Below, in pieces: positions 13,291 to 26,480 of a stretch of DNA of 64,000 nt. The notes beneath the pieces were generated by a model. The model searched no databases and had not been told where the DNA came from. It was given only the letters and a program-made list of their open reading frames with translations. This DNA comes from Lama guanicoe (Eukaryota): positions 7,711,957-7,775,956 of the forward strand of contig MU053881.1 of the NCBI GenBank assembly GCA_013239625.1. The letters run 5' to 3'. Made by a program: the position numbers and the translations under genes. The first letter of the stretch is position 1, and each line of letters opens with the position of its first letter.

Positions 13291-13998
13291 TCCTTTCCTT
13301 TCTTAAGGGAAGCAGAATTGCTTGCTTTTGCTTCTAGCACAGTTTTCTTTGTTTGGAGTAGCCATAGCGATGCATGACAACCACGGTGCAGTGTAACCCC
13401 GAGTATTTATACCATCTGAGGTGAAGGCCAATCATGAATGTGGCCAGGATTATAGAATATACAAACATGTGATTACTTTCACATCCATGGAATAACTAGG
13501 GCGAGTTCAACAAGGCTCTGTGAGAGCATTCTAAGGAATAACTGCTTTAATGGGTGGGCGAAACGGATTCATAATTTCTATGGCAACAGCAAAATAGAGT
13601 GATGTTGTCCCAAGGGACCTGGACCAGAACCCAAGACAGTTCTCTCCCAGATCTGCCCGGCAACCTGCTGAGGGACCCTGCCTCAAGCAATTTTACCTCT
13701 CAAGTCCTCGGTTTCTCCAGACTCCATTTGCAACAGAATCTTTGAGGGAAATATATTGACATGACGGTTGTTAAGACAATGATGAGAAGATTCTATAGGA
13801 AGCAAAGGGAAAGCAGGGCCTTGCGACTGTTAGAGGAGATAATTATCTGTGTGTCTGTATGTTGGTGCTCCCATCTGCCGTCCTCCCTCTCCGCTTCCCC
13901 ACAGCCTCTCCCGTATCTTGCCATGTAGGAACCGATCCAAACCTGTCTTTATAAAGTCCTTTCTACAAAGAAGATGCAACGGGAGACTTGCATCTCCC

Positions 13999-14214
13999 CA
14001 GGGCTTTTCCATCTCAGTACTATTAACTTTTTGTGCTGGGTGTTTTTTTGTTGTTGGGGGCTGCCCTGTTCATTTTAAGATATTTAGCAGCATCTCTGAA
14101 CCTCTACCCACAAGATTCCAGTAGCACTCCTTCCTAATCTAACAACCAAAAATGTCTCCAGGCAACGCCAAATACCCCCTGGGAGACAGAACCACCTCTG
14201 GCTGAGTAGCACTG
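13999..14214. mobile_element. MER20 (hAT-Charlie)
   Basis: gggggctgccctgttcattttaagatatttagcagcatc...acaaccaaaaatgtctccag...cactg. Confidence 0.8.
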
Positions 14215-14384
14215 CCCTAGCCCAATCTCAGGGAAGTGTGTTTACATTGATAAAGCCGCATCCATGTTGTGAATGCACAGTGGTTAACCTCTGTAGTGCC
14301 TTCAGAGATTTTTATCAGTTGTCCACAAGCCTTGTGTCCATTGTCAGAGATGGGGGTTGTGAGTTACAGAGGAGTTAATAGGAA

Positions 14385-15050
14385 TAATATTAATAACCAC
14401 GGCTACCATTTACTGAGTGTTTATTATGTGTTATGTGCATAGCTAAGTGCTTTATATATTACATTGTCTCAGTTAATATTTACATCGGCAGAGTTAGCAA
14501 ACCAGTGCCCAGTAGGCCAAAACCGCCCTCCAAAGTGTTGTGCTTGGCTCACATGGTATTGGCTCACATATTGGTGGTGGTTTTTTTTCAAGTGTTGATT
14601 TCTTGCCAACATTTTAAGATTGGGTGAGTTCATATAAAAGTCTATTTCTAGCTTTGTTTTTAAAAACTGGAAAATTTGGCAACCGGAGGTCAGCTTGGCT
14701 CTATGGCAGTGAGTGACAGGCATTTAGATGAAGCATGTCTCCATTTCACCACAGTCCTCACCACTCCCTATTGTGACTCCAACTCTGACACTGTGTGTCA
14801 GCTTCCGTTTGGCATTGTGATATTTTTCTTTTGCTCAGCCCAGCTTCCCTTGTTGGTATCATCTGCCAGGCTCCTCTAAGCTGTCATATTTGTGGCTTCT
14901 TCCTTACCCTACACTGTGTGCATATATTACTGCTCCCATTTTAAAGATGGGAACACTGAGGCTAAACCAAAGGAAAGCTCTTGTCCAAATTCATACATCA
15001 AATAAGCAGCAAAGCTGGGAGGAGAATCTGAGCCTTCCCACCTCGCCAGC
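14385..15050 (-). mobile_element. MIR interrupted by a MER102-like hAT element (about 14490-14895)
   Basis: MIR halves on both sides. The insert carries ttgccaacattttaagattggg..ttcatataaaa..atttggcaac. Confidence 0.7.
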
Positions 15051-15533
15051 ATAGCCCTGCCTGGCATCACGAAGTAGCCACCGGTAGAGTCTCCTTGCAT
15101 CCTAGGACGCTCCAGCTGGATATTCTGCTGGAAGATCTTAGGATTTCCTTGGAGAACCAGATCTCAGTGTCCTTCTGCTCACCAGGAAACCCACATGTCA
15201 CCGGGATGGGAAGAGTGTCTTCTGAGTGTAGCTCCCAAGCTGCGTTTTTTTCTGTGTCTGTGCCACTCTCTGGTCTGTGTCCAAAAGCTGCTCACACACT
15301 CCCACATAGCTGTGGGGCCAGCTGGTGTGTGTGCTTCTGCCTGAGACGAGGCCGCTTGCCTCCGGGGAGGATGTGATTGCTTTAGGAAATTAAGTGGGAG
15401 TGATTAATTAGGAAATGTACTGAGGACTCTGGAAAGAAATAGCAGAAAATGAAAAAAAAATTGGAACCCTAAATACAGAAAGCTTCTGGCCACATGGCTA
15501 AGGATACTGCATTCAGTGGAACTAAAAGCATTT

Positions 15534-15538
<5 letters not shown>

Positions 15539-15614
<76 letters not shown>
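15539..15614 (+). repeat. Pure poly(T), 76 nt
   Basis: Uninterrupted T run counted from the sequence. Confidence 0.97.
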
Positions 15615-15616
<2 letters not shown>

Positions 15617-15699
15617 CTGGAAAGAACCATAAAATCAGCTGATCCAACCTCTCCTTTTACCAAATGGCAAATGAAAGCTCAGAGAGACCATGAGGAGAA

Positions 15700-16120
15700 G
15701 TTGGCAGCTTTGAAAGAACAGCAGGGCTTGGGACTCAGAAAGACCTGGGTTTGAATTACTGATGTGTCCTTGCTAGGTGTGGAATCCTGGGCACGTCTCT
15801 GCGCTTGGGTTTCCCACTGTGAAATCAAGGTAGCCCTGACCACTGCCGAGGGTGGCAGCGAGGCATTAGTGAACAAAGGCAGGCACAAGGGCCGCTAGTG
15901 AGTGATACGTGCCAGGCACCGTCCTAGAACGTGGCTTGTGTTGTCTTACTTTCTACAGCAATCCTATGGAGTTGGTGCCATTCTTAGCTCATTTCGTAAA
16001 TGAAGAACAAAGGCGCTGAGAGGATCCATTATTTATTCAATGTCCCGTAGCTAGTAAGTGTCGGAGCCAAGTTTCCCATGCAGTCTAGGAATCCACGTTC
16101 CAACCACTACGCATTCTGCC
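15700..16120. mobile_element. Two MIRs tail to tail (+ then -)
   Basis: gacctgggtttgaatt..gtttcccactgtgaaat on +, then gtgccaggcaccgtccta..aaatgaagaa..gctagtaagtg on -. Confidence 0.7.
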
Positions 16121-16974
16121 TCTTGTGCACGTGATACAATGTACAGATAACTTATATAATCAGTAAATCACACAGGATCCCTTGCTATTACCCGGTCACA
16201 GCCGTGGCTCCCACACACCTGCGGAGTCCTGCTATGTAGTTCTCCTCCCTTCACCCCCAGTGGCTTGACTTTCGGCTTGAGGGTCCTCCTATGCAATAAA
16301 ACTTTTAAGTTACGGGGGAAGTATTGAGCCCGGGAGCTATTTTTTATCCTGTGGGACTTTGATATTTTCAATATGCTTCAGTCTAATACAAGGCTTCCTG
16401 TCAGGGCAGCCTGAGTGCCAATGCCATCCATGCACATAAGAATTACGGCGCTGCCAGCGTGAAATGCCGCCCTGCCCAGCTGCCTGGCTCCTTCCTTCTG
16501 TGTTTCCTCTCGGGGCCTCGTGGGACAGCCGCCTGCTATTCTTACTGAGTTTTTTGGCTTGTCAGTCAACCTTCTCTTCGGAAACTCTATCCAACCCCAG
16601 TCCCATTTGTGGGTTTTAATACAATGAACGTTCTTTCTGGCCCCGTAGGGGATGGGTTCTGGGTCTTTGCTGGATTGCCGTGTGGCGATGGCACTTGTTC
16701 TCCCCCTAGTCCCCTTGCCAGCATGAGCTCGGGGGGGCTGGTAGCCCAAGCCGAGAAGAAGCAAGGCTGTACTCCTCGTCTCTGTGCCTCTGGATGGCGA
16801 TTCGCAGTCCTTCTGGTTGGCCTGGAAGATCATTATTAGGACGCTAAGTGATGAGTCTGCGCTCGTCCTGGGGGGAGCCCCGTCTGTCTCCCCAGGGAGC
16901 CTGGGGATCAGAGGCAGTTCCGGAAGGGGGTGGGGTTGTTCGGGTCCGTGCACTAATACGGGAGCTTCGTAGTA

Positions 16975-17180
16975 ACAATAAAAGCTGACTTCTGTTGGCA
17001 CCTCAGGTTGCGCCAGGCACTGTGCTAAGGGTTTCTTCTTGTTTCATTTAATCCTCACGAGAATAGGATCAGGTCTGACAGTGAGGCACAGACAGCTTAA
17101 ATAGTTTGCCGTGTGCACACACGACAATGGTAGAGCCGTAACTCAGGCCCGTCTGACCCACAGCTTTGATTTTTTAACCA
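16975..17180 (-). mobile_element. MIR SINE
   Basis: gccaggcactgtgctaag..tcatttaatcctcac..gtgaggcacaga. Confidence 0.7.
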
Positions 17181-17599
17181 CCCCACTTTATAGTTTATAG
17201 TCGTCTTACTTTTGAGGTGCCGTCCAGTGGGCTCCCCGGACCCTAAAGCAGCTGGTTGTACTCATTCCTAGACATGGAAAAACTGCAGAAAGATGGAGCA
17301 GATGTTCCCTGAATTAAAGCCCTGAGATCCTTGTGGTCTCAGTTGCCACCTGGGTCTCTTCTGTGGAGCTGGGCTTTCTTGTGCCAGTTCCACACTCCAT
17401 CAACAGGAGAGTCAGGGAAGAGCTGTGCAGGACATCAGGTCCAAGGGAGTAATACAGCGCTGTCACCGGGAGAGCCCATTCACTCATTCATTCGTGCACG
17501 CATTCAACAGAGCTATGCTCAGTGCACACGTGCCCCTGGGATGCTCTGGTGAACAAACCATTTCTTATCTCGCCAATTTTCTCTTACCCAAAACGACCT

Positions 17600-18328
17600 C
17601 ATCACACCTACTACATTGGCTACAGTCAAACAAAACAAAACAAAACAAAACAAACGCCAGGAACCCAGAAAATAACACGTATTGGCGAGGATGTGGAGAA
17701 ATGAGAATGCAATGTAAAATGGTGCACCCTCTGTGGAAAGCAGTGTAGCAATTCCTCAAAAAGTTAAGTGTAGAGTTACCATATGATCTAGGAATTCCAC
17801 CCCTGTGTGTATACTCAAGGGAAGTGAAAGCAGGGACTCAAACAGGTAACTGTATGCCAATATCCACTGCAGCGTTATTCACAACAGCCAAAGAGTAGAA
17901 ACAATGGAAGTGTTCCTCGGCAGATGAGATGAGGTACGTACGTACGATGGAGTGTTATTCAGCCTTGAAAAGGAGTGGAGTTCTGATACGTGTTGTGACC
18001 AAGATGAGCCTTGAAAACATTGCATTAAGCAAAATAAGCCAGACACAAGTATCATATGATTCCACTTAAATGAACTGTCCATAACAGGCAAATTCATAGA
18101 GGCAGAACATAGATTAGAGGTTATCAGAGGATACAGGGACTAGGGAAGAGGGAGTTAGTACTTTATGGATATAGAGCGTCTGTCTGGGGTGACGAAAGGT
18201 TTTTGGAAATAGTGGTAATGGTTTTGCAGCATTGCAGATGGACTGAAGTCCACTGAACTGTGTACTTAAAAATGGTCACAATGGTGAATTTTATGTGATA
18301 GATATTTTACTGCAATTTAATAAAAATC
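17600..18328 (+). mobile_element. L1MB-type 3' end (ORF2 C-terminus plus 3' UTR)
   Basis: ggcgaggatgtggagaaa, gcaattcctcaaaaagttaag, ccactgaactgtgtacttaaaaatgg, terminal aataaaaa. Confidence 0.88.
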
Positions 18329-19444
18329 TCATCATAAGAGAAAGAAAAAGTGTGCTTTGTCAAGGAGCAAAGTCTTACAGAAATCTCTTTCTTACTCACC
18401 TCAGTGCCCAAGCTTTATGCCTAGCACAGGGCCTGGCATATAGTGGATGCATGTTTCTTTTTTTGCTGAACCAAACTGGGAACAGACTAATTCCATTTGT
18501 AGTCGGAAATGGCAGTGAGGCTGTTGAGTGTAAATTTTACTACCATGGCAACTGTGGAACACAAAGATGATGCATATGAAAATGCAGTCATATTTTTGGC
18601 AGGTGGGGTCAGCTGGAGATAACACGGCCCATTGCAGGTAAACAGAAGATTTGAGGGAGAGTGAATTGTTAGTAACTGTTATAAAAACTCGAAGTCCCAA
18701 CCAGGCTTTGTCCTCCTTGATCTGGATGAGAGCATCCAGGCAGCTCTTTGGACCAATTGGACCAAAGGGGTAAGAGGATGAAGTTGGTATTGGACTCCAG
18801 GAATCTTTGTTACAAGCTCTCAAGGGAAGACAGGAGGCCAAGCACACTTGCCTCCGCTCATTCATGACACAGTTCGAATCCTCAGAAAGAGCCTCTGTGG
18901 GCCTAAGCATCTCCTTGGCCATTAGCAGCGTCACAGCTGGTATCTGGGAAGAAGACCACAATTTGGCATTTAAGGAAGTAGACCTGGGAGGAGCTGAAGG
19001 GGATTCGTCTTGCAGTGTTGTTTCGTGGACCGAGATGCTTCTTTTAGAAGGGAATGTGAATTTTGTGTTGCATTCAGTTGTTCTCCCTCTGTTTAGGCTG
19101 AGAACCATGTTTGGATTGCGAAGGAAAGTCTTTGCCTCCCTTCCCCTCTAACACGCCTTCTCCCTGACTGATACACACACAGACGTGCAATACCCACACT
19201 TAAGCATTATTAGCAGCGGGGGGAGCAGTCTTAGAATCCAAGAGCCTCATCTCTTGCAGGGTCCACCGTCCTTTCCCCAGCCCACCTATGATGTCCCTCT
19301 TCCAGACTCAGAGTTCTGAGCCTTTCTGATGTGTTGTGTGACACAGTGACACCATGAAAGAACCTAGCCCCCTGACACTGCCACGGGGTGAATCCCATTT
19401 GTAAAGGTCTTTAGGCAGCTTCTTGGGGACCTGGGGGTGACTCC

Positions 19445-20570
19445 ATGGTAGTACAAAGACCATGGAGTTTGGAATTGGGGCTTGATTTCAATCCAGACTT
19501 TGGCACTTGATAGCTGTTTAATTTTGATAAGTCACCGAGCTTCAATTTCCTCATCTGCAAAATGGGCACTGTGATACCTATGACCCAGGGTTCTTGGGTA
19601 CAACACTTGTCTATGAGAAGGACTGGCACACAACCTGCAGGTAGGCAGCTGCCCACTGCTTGGCAGCTACTGCCATTATGAGGAAACTAATCCGCCATTG
19701 TGTGTTAATTGGATCCGGCACTAGACTGTACGGATGCTGGTCTGCTTGACAGAATCCCAGGCAGCCATAATTTAAAAGAGGTCACGATAGCACCCAGCTG
19801 CACGCCATGACACAAAGAGCTGACAGTTAAAGATTACTCACTATACTTAAAGCACCAAGCTGCGTTACACACGTTACTATGTTCAGCTTTCACCACAACT
19901 CTGTGATGTTGGTACTATTACCATCCCCGTTTTTTAGAAGAGAAAACTGAGGCTTGTTGAGGTTAGTGACTCACCCAAGATCACCCAAGCAGTAAGTACT
20001 TGAACCCTGACATCTGGCTCCAGAGCCCAGCTGCATACCCAACACACTGGCTGCTGCGAGCACCAGAGCCTTCCTTGGGGCTACTTTGGAGGCTGAGCCA
20101 GGGAGATTCCAGTTGCAAGATCTGCCTTGTGTTCTGACCACTCAGTCTGAAGGAGTCCTTCTCCTGTCTTGAACATCTCCCCACGTGCCCATTGAATGAA
20201 GTCCCCGTTCTTTGTTGCTTTTCCAGGCTTGCCAAATTCAGTCCCCATCAACCATGCTTTCATCTTTCATTCTTTTATTCATTTTGTCAACATTCATTTG
20301 CTGAATAGCTCCTTTGTGTGATGACTATTAGTGATCTTTATTTCCGTATACTGAGGTCATTTATGGAGTCCTTACTAGCCTCTAGGCACCGTCCTGGTGA
20401 CTTTCACACATTGTCCAACGTATTCTTCAGACAACTGTGCATGGTAGACCTTATTACCACTTACTGTTTGTTACTACTTGACAATTGATGAAGCAAAGGC
20501 CATTAGGAGGTTAAATTGCCTAAGACCCCCCCAAACTATGTTAGAGCCAGGATTCAAATCCTTCAAAGCC
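19445..20570. mobile_element. Cluster of three MIRs and an L2 scrap
   Basis: MIR cores at about 19545 (+), 19925 (-) and 20490 (-). L2-like cattc..caacatt at 20270. Confidence 0.7.
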
Positions 20571-20641
20571 TTTCTCAACCCTTGACCCAGGAAGATGTCC
20601 TCCCTTTTCCAACTGTGGTAGCATCAGTTAGTCTTCTAGAC

Positions 20642-20828
20642 TAGTGGTTCCAAAGCTTGGGCAGGCATCAGAATCACCAGAGGGCTTGTTAAAACCCAGA
20701 TTGGTGAGCCCCACCCCCAGAGTTTCTGATTCAGTGGGTTGGGATGAGGCCCAAGAATGTGCATTTCTAACAAGTACCCAAGTGATGCTGCTGGTGCTGG
20801 CTGGGGGACCCCGCTTTGGGAACCACTG
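20642..20828. mobile_element. MER5A with degenerate 8-bp TSD
   Basis: TIR-like tagtggttc...gaaccactg. Flanks ttctagac (20634-20641) and ctctagtc (20829-20836) match at 6 of 8. Confidence 0.88.
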
Positions 20829-21501
20829 CTCTAGTCCAAGTTCTTTCAGGACAGGGAGCTTATCTTTGTTGTAACTCGAGCATTACACAGTACAAAGTAG
20901 CTCCTGGATATGTATTTGCTATTTTGAATTGTTCAATTGCACATTCATTTTTGCTTTGTCCACCATGTTGTTCTTTTATTTCTAAGTGTGCACATTCTTA
21001 GGCTTTGCCATTTAGGATTTAAACTCCTGGGGATCAGGAGTTGCACTTTATACTTTTCAGCACCTTTTGTAGGACCTTGCACACACTGGGTGTCAGGTAA
21101 ATGTCAGCTGGTTGGTTGACGATCCAGAGACCAACCTCACTAAGACCCAAATTGCAAGCCAGTTGAACTCTGGGAGTATAACTCTTGAGACAATTTCTAG
21201 ATACTGAGAAGAGGGCCTGGTGTATCGTTGGTGCTCAATAGTGTTTGTTGAATGAATATCACTAGTCTCTGTGGCTTTGTGGCCAATAGCCTGTGGCTCT
21301 ACCTGCTATCTTTTTCCTTTTTTCTTTTTTTTCTCAGTGAAGCATTTTATTTTATTTTAACCATTTTAAAATTTACATATGTGTACTGTTCGCTATTTCT
21401 AAGAACATCTACTTGCTGTTTTAAGCCCAGTTGCAACTTGGGAGCTCAGCCTCAATGCATAGGTTGGTGGACGGAATTTCCCAGGGTTTTCAGTTCACCC
21501 A

Positions 21502-21681
21502 CAGCAATGATTCTCAGTCCTAGCTGCATATTGGAATCACCTGGGGTGCTTTAAAATTATGTGGATGCCTGATACCTACCCCCAGAGATTCTGATTTCAG
21601 TGCTCTGGAGCGTGACCTGGGCAGCAAGACTTGTAAAGCTCTCCAGCTGATTCTAATGTGCAGCCAGGGTTGGAAACCCTG
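21502..21681. mobile_element. MER5A/MER5B
   Basis: gctgcatattggaatcacctgggg..ccccagagattctgatt..tgattctaatgtgcagccagggttg. Confidence 0.85.
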
Positions 21682-23759
21682 ACCTAGAGCATTTGGCCGC
21701 ATGGTTTTCTCAGGGGCATTTACCATGGGCTGTGCCGTGTACGTGCACATGGGTGCACACGTGGAGAAGCACGAGGCCGGCCACTCCTATTTGAGTGGTG
21801 CAGAGTGAGCATCTCTGACTCTGGATGAGGGGTCAGGGATTGGAAATCAAACCTTAGGTAAAAGCTCAGCCAAGCCAGAGGGTACTTGAGAACATGGAGC
21901 ATGCCTGCCTCCCTCTCCTATGGCCAATGTTGGCCGACTGCTGGTTGCCATGTCCCATGGCCGAGGGGCCTCTGTTTCAAGGCTGAAGGCAGGAGGTGGT
22001 GAGCTAAATGCAGCTGGTGTGGCCGTTGCAAGGTCCTTTTGTTCCCCTTGATTCAGAAAGGGCCGTCCTCCCAGGGGCTGAGGTGTGGGGCGTTGCATTT
22101 GGCATCGTGCAGTTTTGCGCAAAGTTTGTTCTTGGGTTTCTCGATGGAAATGCCCACGGCTACTCAAGCCCCACGCGCTGGCTGAGAGCAATGCGAAAGG
22201 TCATGCCTGAGCCCCCACCCCAGCAGGTTGCTTGACTCAGCACAATCCTGGTGTAATTAGGCATGACAAGAAGGAAAAGGGGAAAGGGCTGGTGCTTACC
22301 GGCGTGCACGCAGCCCGGGGCCCCCAGGGACCAGGGGATTCAGAAATGCCAGCTGTTCTCAATTTTATTGGAGCCAAGGTTTGGCTCACCTACAGCCAGC
22401 TCCATCATTTTGTCCCTGCACAGTTGGGGTGTGCTTCAGTACATCAGCAGGATCAAGTCTCCCAGAGAGATGGTTGGGTGAGTAATTCTCATTCCCTTCC
22501 CTTCCCTCCCCTCATCTCAGTGTGGCCTCAGAAGCTGTGGGTGGGAGACGCAGTCACATCGCTACTTTCAAATCACCCACTGCGGTGTGAGAAGTAGCTC
22601 TGAGGACGGCTCTGGAGCGGGGACTGAGGCCTCAGACCTGATTTCTGTCCTAACAGAACTTTTACACTAGGTAGGAGAGCTGGTGAACTTGATGACTTGA
22701 AGCTCGTCCGTCCCTTCAGGGACGGGAGAAGTGAGGAACAGAGAGAAGGGGCAGAGTGGGATCCTGAGTGTGTTCTTGTCGGCGAATCCACCAGCTCAGA
22801 GAGACTGTTGACCTGGAGAGCTGGGTGGGCTTCTGCCCTGCTCCCACCCAGTTTCCTGCTGGTCTCCCTCTGTCCTCACCTGCCTGCCTTCACCAGCACT
22901 TTGCTCATTTGTCCAACACTGCACTAGGACTCAGATCCCCCAGTGGGAAGCCCTGAAGGCTTTGCCTGCAGTCGCAGCTTCCTGAGCTCTGCCCTGTGAT
23001 GCTGTAGGCTCTATGGCTAAAGCTTTACTTCCAAAGCTTTCTTGCTTCTGATATGGTACTATTTTTAGCATCCTTCTCCAGTTATATGAGACGCTCCCAC
23101 TGTTGTTTACTTTTGATTTGTCCATCCATGCCCTTGTGTTTTCCACAGAGAGTATGTTGCAGTGAGACAGTTCCTGCAAAGTCCCTTGCTTGCTTCCTGA
23201 AACGATTTACCCCCTTGCGGTGCCCCACGTACCAACACCATGGCCCCAAGCCACGTCAGAGTGAACAAACCACAGACTGGAATTGCAGCCGTACAGCAGA
23301 GAGGAGTCTTTAATTTGGGCTTAAAATAGCCCACAGCCTGAGCGTTTGAGGGACCAGGAGCAAGGTGTAATCTCAGGAACGGGTGTTGGGAGACCCACCC
23401 CAGGATGACTGAGCAGGGACTGCGGTCTGGGAGGAAGACAGACAGAGGGGGTGGGAGTCTGAGACGGAGGCCCCGCAGCAAATTTAACATTATCTTCTTG
23501 GATCTCTTTCATAATGGGAGAGTGAATGATGTGGCAATAAAAATACGTGGGACCTAGGCCTACTCCATCTGGAATGAAGTATCCGCCCCGCCTCCTTCCT
23601 CAGAAATCTCTACAGGTGCTGTTGTAGTATTAGCTGTAATCGGGGCAGCCATTCTGCTACGCTCTTGGGTTACCATGCACATTACATGCCCCCGAGGTGC
23701 CATTCTCACTGTATACTCTTGAGCAACGCCCCCTGGAGTTGTGTAAGCCACGACACTTG

Positions 23760-24010
23760 TAATAAGAAGAGGAAAGAGATATTGCGCACATACGGGCTAG
23801 ACATTCTTCTCTCCTCTTGACATGAATAAACTTGCTTAATTCTCAACCCAATCCAAGGAGGAGGACACTGTATCCCCATTTTACAGATAAGGAAATGGAG
23901 GCACAGTTTAAATAACTTCTCCAGAGTCATGTCTCTAAGTCAGTGTACCAAGTGCAGAGTAAGCTTCCGTGTAACCCTAGTGCCCACACTTGACCTTTAT
24001 GCCTTACCTT
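23760..24010 (-). mobile_element. MIR SINE
   Basis: atccccattttacagataaggaaatggaggcacag. Confidence 0.8.
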
Positions 24011-24059
24011 GCATGTTGCACGTGTGGTTTTTAGTCTTCTTATTACTGTGATTGCTGCC

Positions 24060-24401
24060 TGTCCTAACTTGGGCTCCTGTAACAAAATGCCACAGGCCGG
24101 GGAGCTCACACGGCAGAGGTTAATTTCTCACGGTTGTGCAGACTAGACGTCCAAGGTCAAGGTGCCAGTGTGGTGCAGTTCTGGTGAGGGCTCTCTTCCT
24201 GGCTCGCAGACGGCCACCTTCTCTCTGCGTCCTCACATGGTGAAGAAAGTGCTCTGGCATCTCTTCCTCTACTACGGACAGTAATCTCATCAGGGGGCTC
24301 CATCCGTGTGACCTCATCTAAACCTAATTACCTCCCAAATGCCCTACTTCCAAATACCAACATACGAATTTTTTGAGGGGCGCAAACATTCCGTCATAAC
24401 A
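24060..24401 (-). mobile_element. MLT1A-like solo LTR with 5-bp TSD ctgcc
   Basis: tg...ca termini. ctgcc at 24055-24059 and 24402-24406. Confidence 0.9.
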
Positions 24402-24442
24402 CTGCCATATCTTATTTTCAACCCCATTGAAAGTTCCTAGGT

Positions 24443-24777
24443 TAGAGGTCAACAAACACCTTCTGTGAAGGACCACATAGTAAATATTTAGGCTCTGAGG
24501 CCCATACCGTCCAGTCGCAACAACTCAACTGCCCGAGTCGTGTGAAAGCAGCCACAGACGGTCTCTACGCAGACGAGCCTGGCTGTGTTCCAGGAAAACT
24601 GTATTTATGGGTACTGAAATTTGAATTTCATATAATTTTTATGTGTCAAGAAATATGATTTATCTTTTGATTTTTTTCAACTATTAAAAAATATAAAAGC
24701 TATTCTTAGCTCATGGGCCATATAAAAACAGGTTGAGGACTCCATTGGGCCTGTGGGACACGGTTTTCTGACCCCTA
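24443..24777. mobile_element. MER58B (hAT-Charlie)
   Basis: caacaaac..ttctgtgaaggaccacatagtaaatattt...ctgaaatttgaatttcatataatttt...tgacccct. Confidence 0.85.
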
Positions 24778-25949
24778 TGCTGGAGGGCAGGGATGTCCGC
24801 CCCGGGATCTCCCTCAGTCCTGACTGTCAGTCTCCATCCCCAGATGCTGATTGAATGAATTACTGTGCGGTAGGCTCTCCCAGGTACACTGGCTGACTCG
24901 GGTACCGCTGACTGTCAGAGCATGAGTTAGAAGTTTCCTTTTCTCAGAGCAAGGGATGAGAATGCAGGCATTGTCACCGTGGCTGAGAAGAGGGCAGGAG
25001 CCTCCCTTCATGGATGTTTATAGGAGAGTGAAGAGAATTTTTTTTTCCTACACAAAGTGTAAGAATTTATCCTTCACATATAGACCTACAGAACGTGATG
25101 CATAATAGGAAACAGACTTCCTCTCAAAGATAAATGGAATGTCCCCCTCCTCCAAACTGAGAAGAGAATTGTTTCCTCTTTACAAAGGAAACAAATCGGA
25201 TTCTCAAAGGAATAATCAGAGAAGTTTTAAAAATTCTCATAATAAGCAAGGTACAGTTTCACAAATGATGAAAGGGAGGTTTGCCTTCCTTGGGTCTGGA
25301 CACACAGGACCGGATGGAGAATCAGATGGGCCCTTCCTTCTTCCTGCCTAATTCCTGTCCCTTGGCATTTTATCAACACCAGATGTGCGAGAGTGGCTCC
25401 TGCCTGAGTGGGGTTGGTAGGCCCATCCGGGTCCCAGTGGCTCACTGTGAAGACGGTCTCTTCTTCTTCCACACTCTCCTGCAGTAGGTCCTCCGTCCGC
25501 AGCCAAGCTGCCTGACAGCTGCAGTTCATCCTGGTCCGTGGGAGAGGGCATTGCAGACGGGAGGCTTCCCTGAGCAAAGGCGTGGGGCCTGGGATGAGCC
25601 TGGTGAGTGCGGGAGACCTGCCTGGTTGGACTGAGCTATTTTGGGCTACACTTCCAGGCAGCCAGCCCCAAGGCTTGGTTGCCTTGGTGAAGATGGAGAA
25701 CCAGCACCACCTATCTGGATGAAGCCAGCTGTGTGTTTGGCTGAATGCTGTTGGGCATGGATGCCCAGAGTTGATACAGGAGCAGGAATGGCTGGGAGAG
25801 AGAGAAACTGCAGTCATTTCATCTGAAAGCCTTAACTCCCCCGTTTTTGCTAGGTTCTGGGGACGTAAGTGGAAATCCTACACAGCTCTTGCCTTCCAGT
25901 TGCTCATCATAAAGTAGACAGATTCAGTTCCTTCAGTTCCCTAGGAGAT

Positions 25950-26480
25950 AGAGGAACAAGAGCACGGAGTCCAACAGTCCAGCTCTCTCCTCCAGTACTG
26001 TCACCCTGTGGATAATACTCAGAAGATGTTAACTGGGGCAAGTTACTTAAATGGAGATAATGGTAGTAGACACCTCATAGGACTGCGGTGAGGGCTCAAA
26101 GGGGATAGTGCCTGATTCATCATGAAAACTCAATATATTGCAAAATCATTTTTTAAATAATAGCAATCAGGTAACTATTATATTAATTACTTAAATAATT
26201 ATGTAATTATTTAATAATTAAATAGCTGTATTATTATTAGTAATTACTATTAGTATTTCCCAGCAGGGATAGTTTCCTGCCTTTGCACACCTCTTTTTTA
26301 ATTTATAAAGCCCTTTCTCTTCCAGTACCTCATTTAATCAACTCAAAAGCCCTCCGAGGGTCAGCAAGTGCTATTAACCCATTTGCTGATGAGCAGAGGG
26401 GCTTTCCCCAAACTATGCAGTGAGTCATTATGGAGCCAGATTGGGAGCCCTGATGCCACAGCTCTTGGTCTGGTTGTCAC
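25950..26480. mobile_element. Two MIRs tail to tail separated by an AT-rich tract
   Basis: + MIR 25950-26140, AT-rich 26150-26260, - MIR 26290-26480. Confidence 0.6.

Noticed and set aside
16378..17001. 207-aa ORF, and similar ORFs at 8255-8842, 25227-25817 and 37788-38303
   Set aside because: Low-information, GC-driven open frames with no protein family resemblance, several overlapping MIR fragments.
18401..19108. Longest ORF (235 aa, - strand)
   Set aside because: No recognisable domain, starts and ends in intronic or L2-derived sequence, and is of a length plausible by chance in 64 kb.
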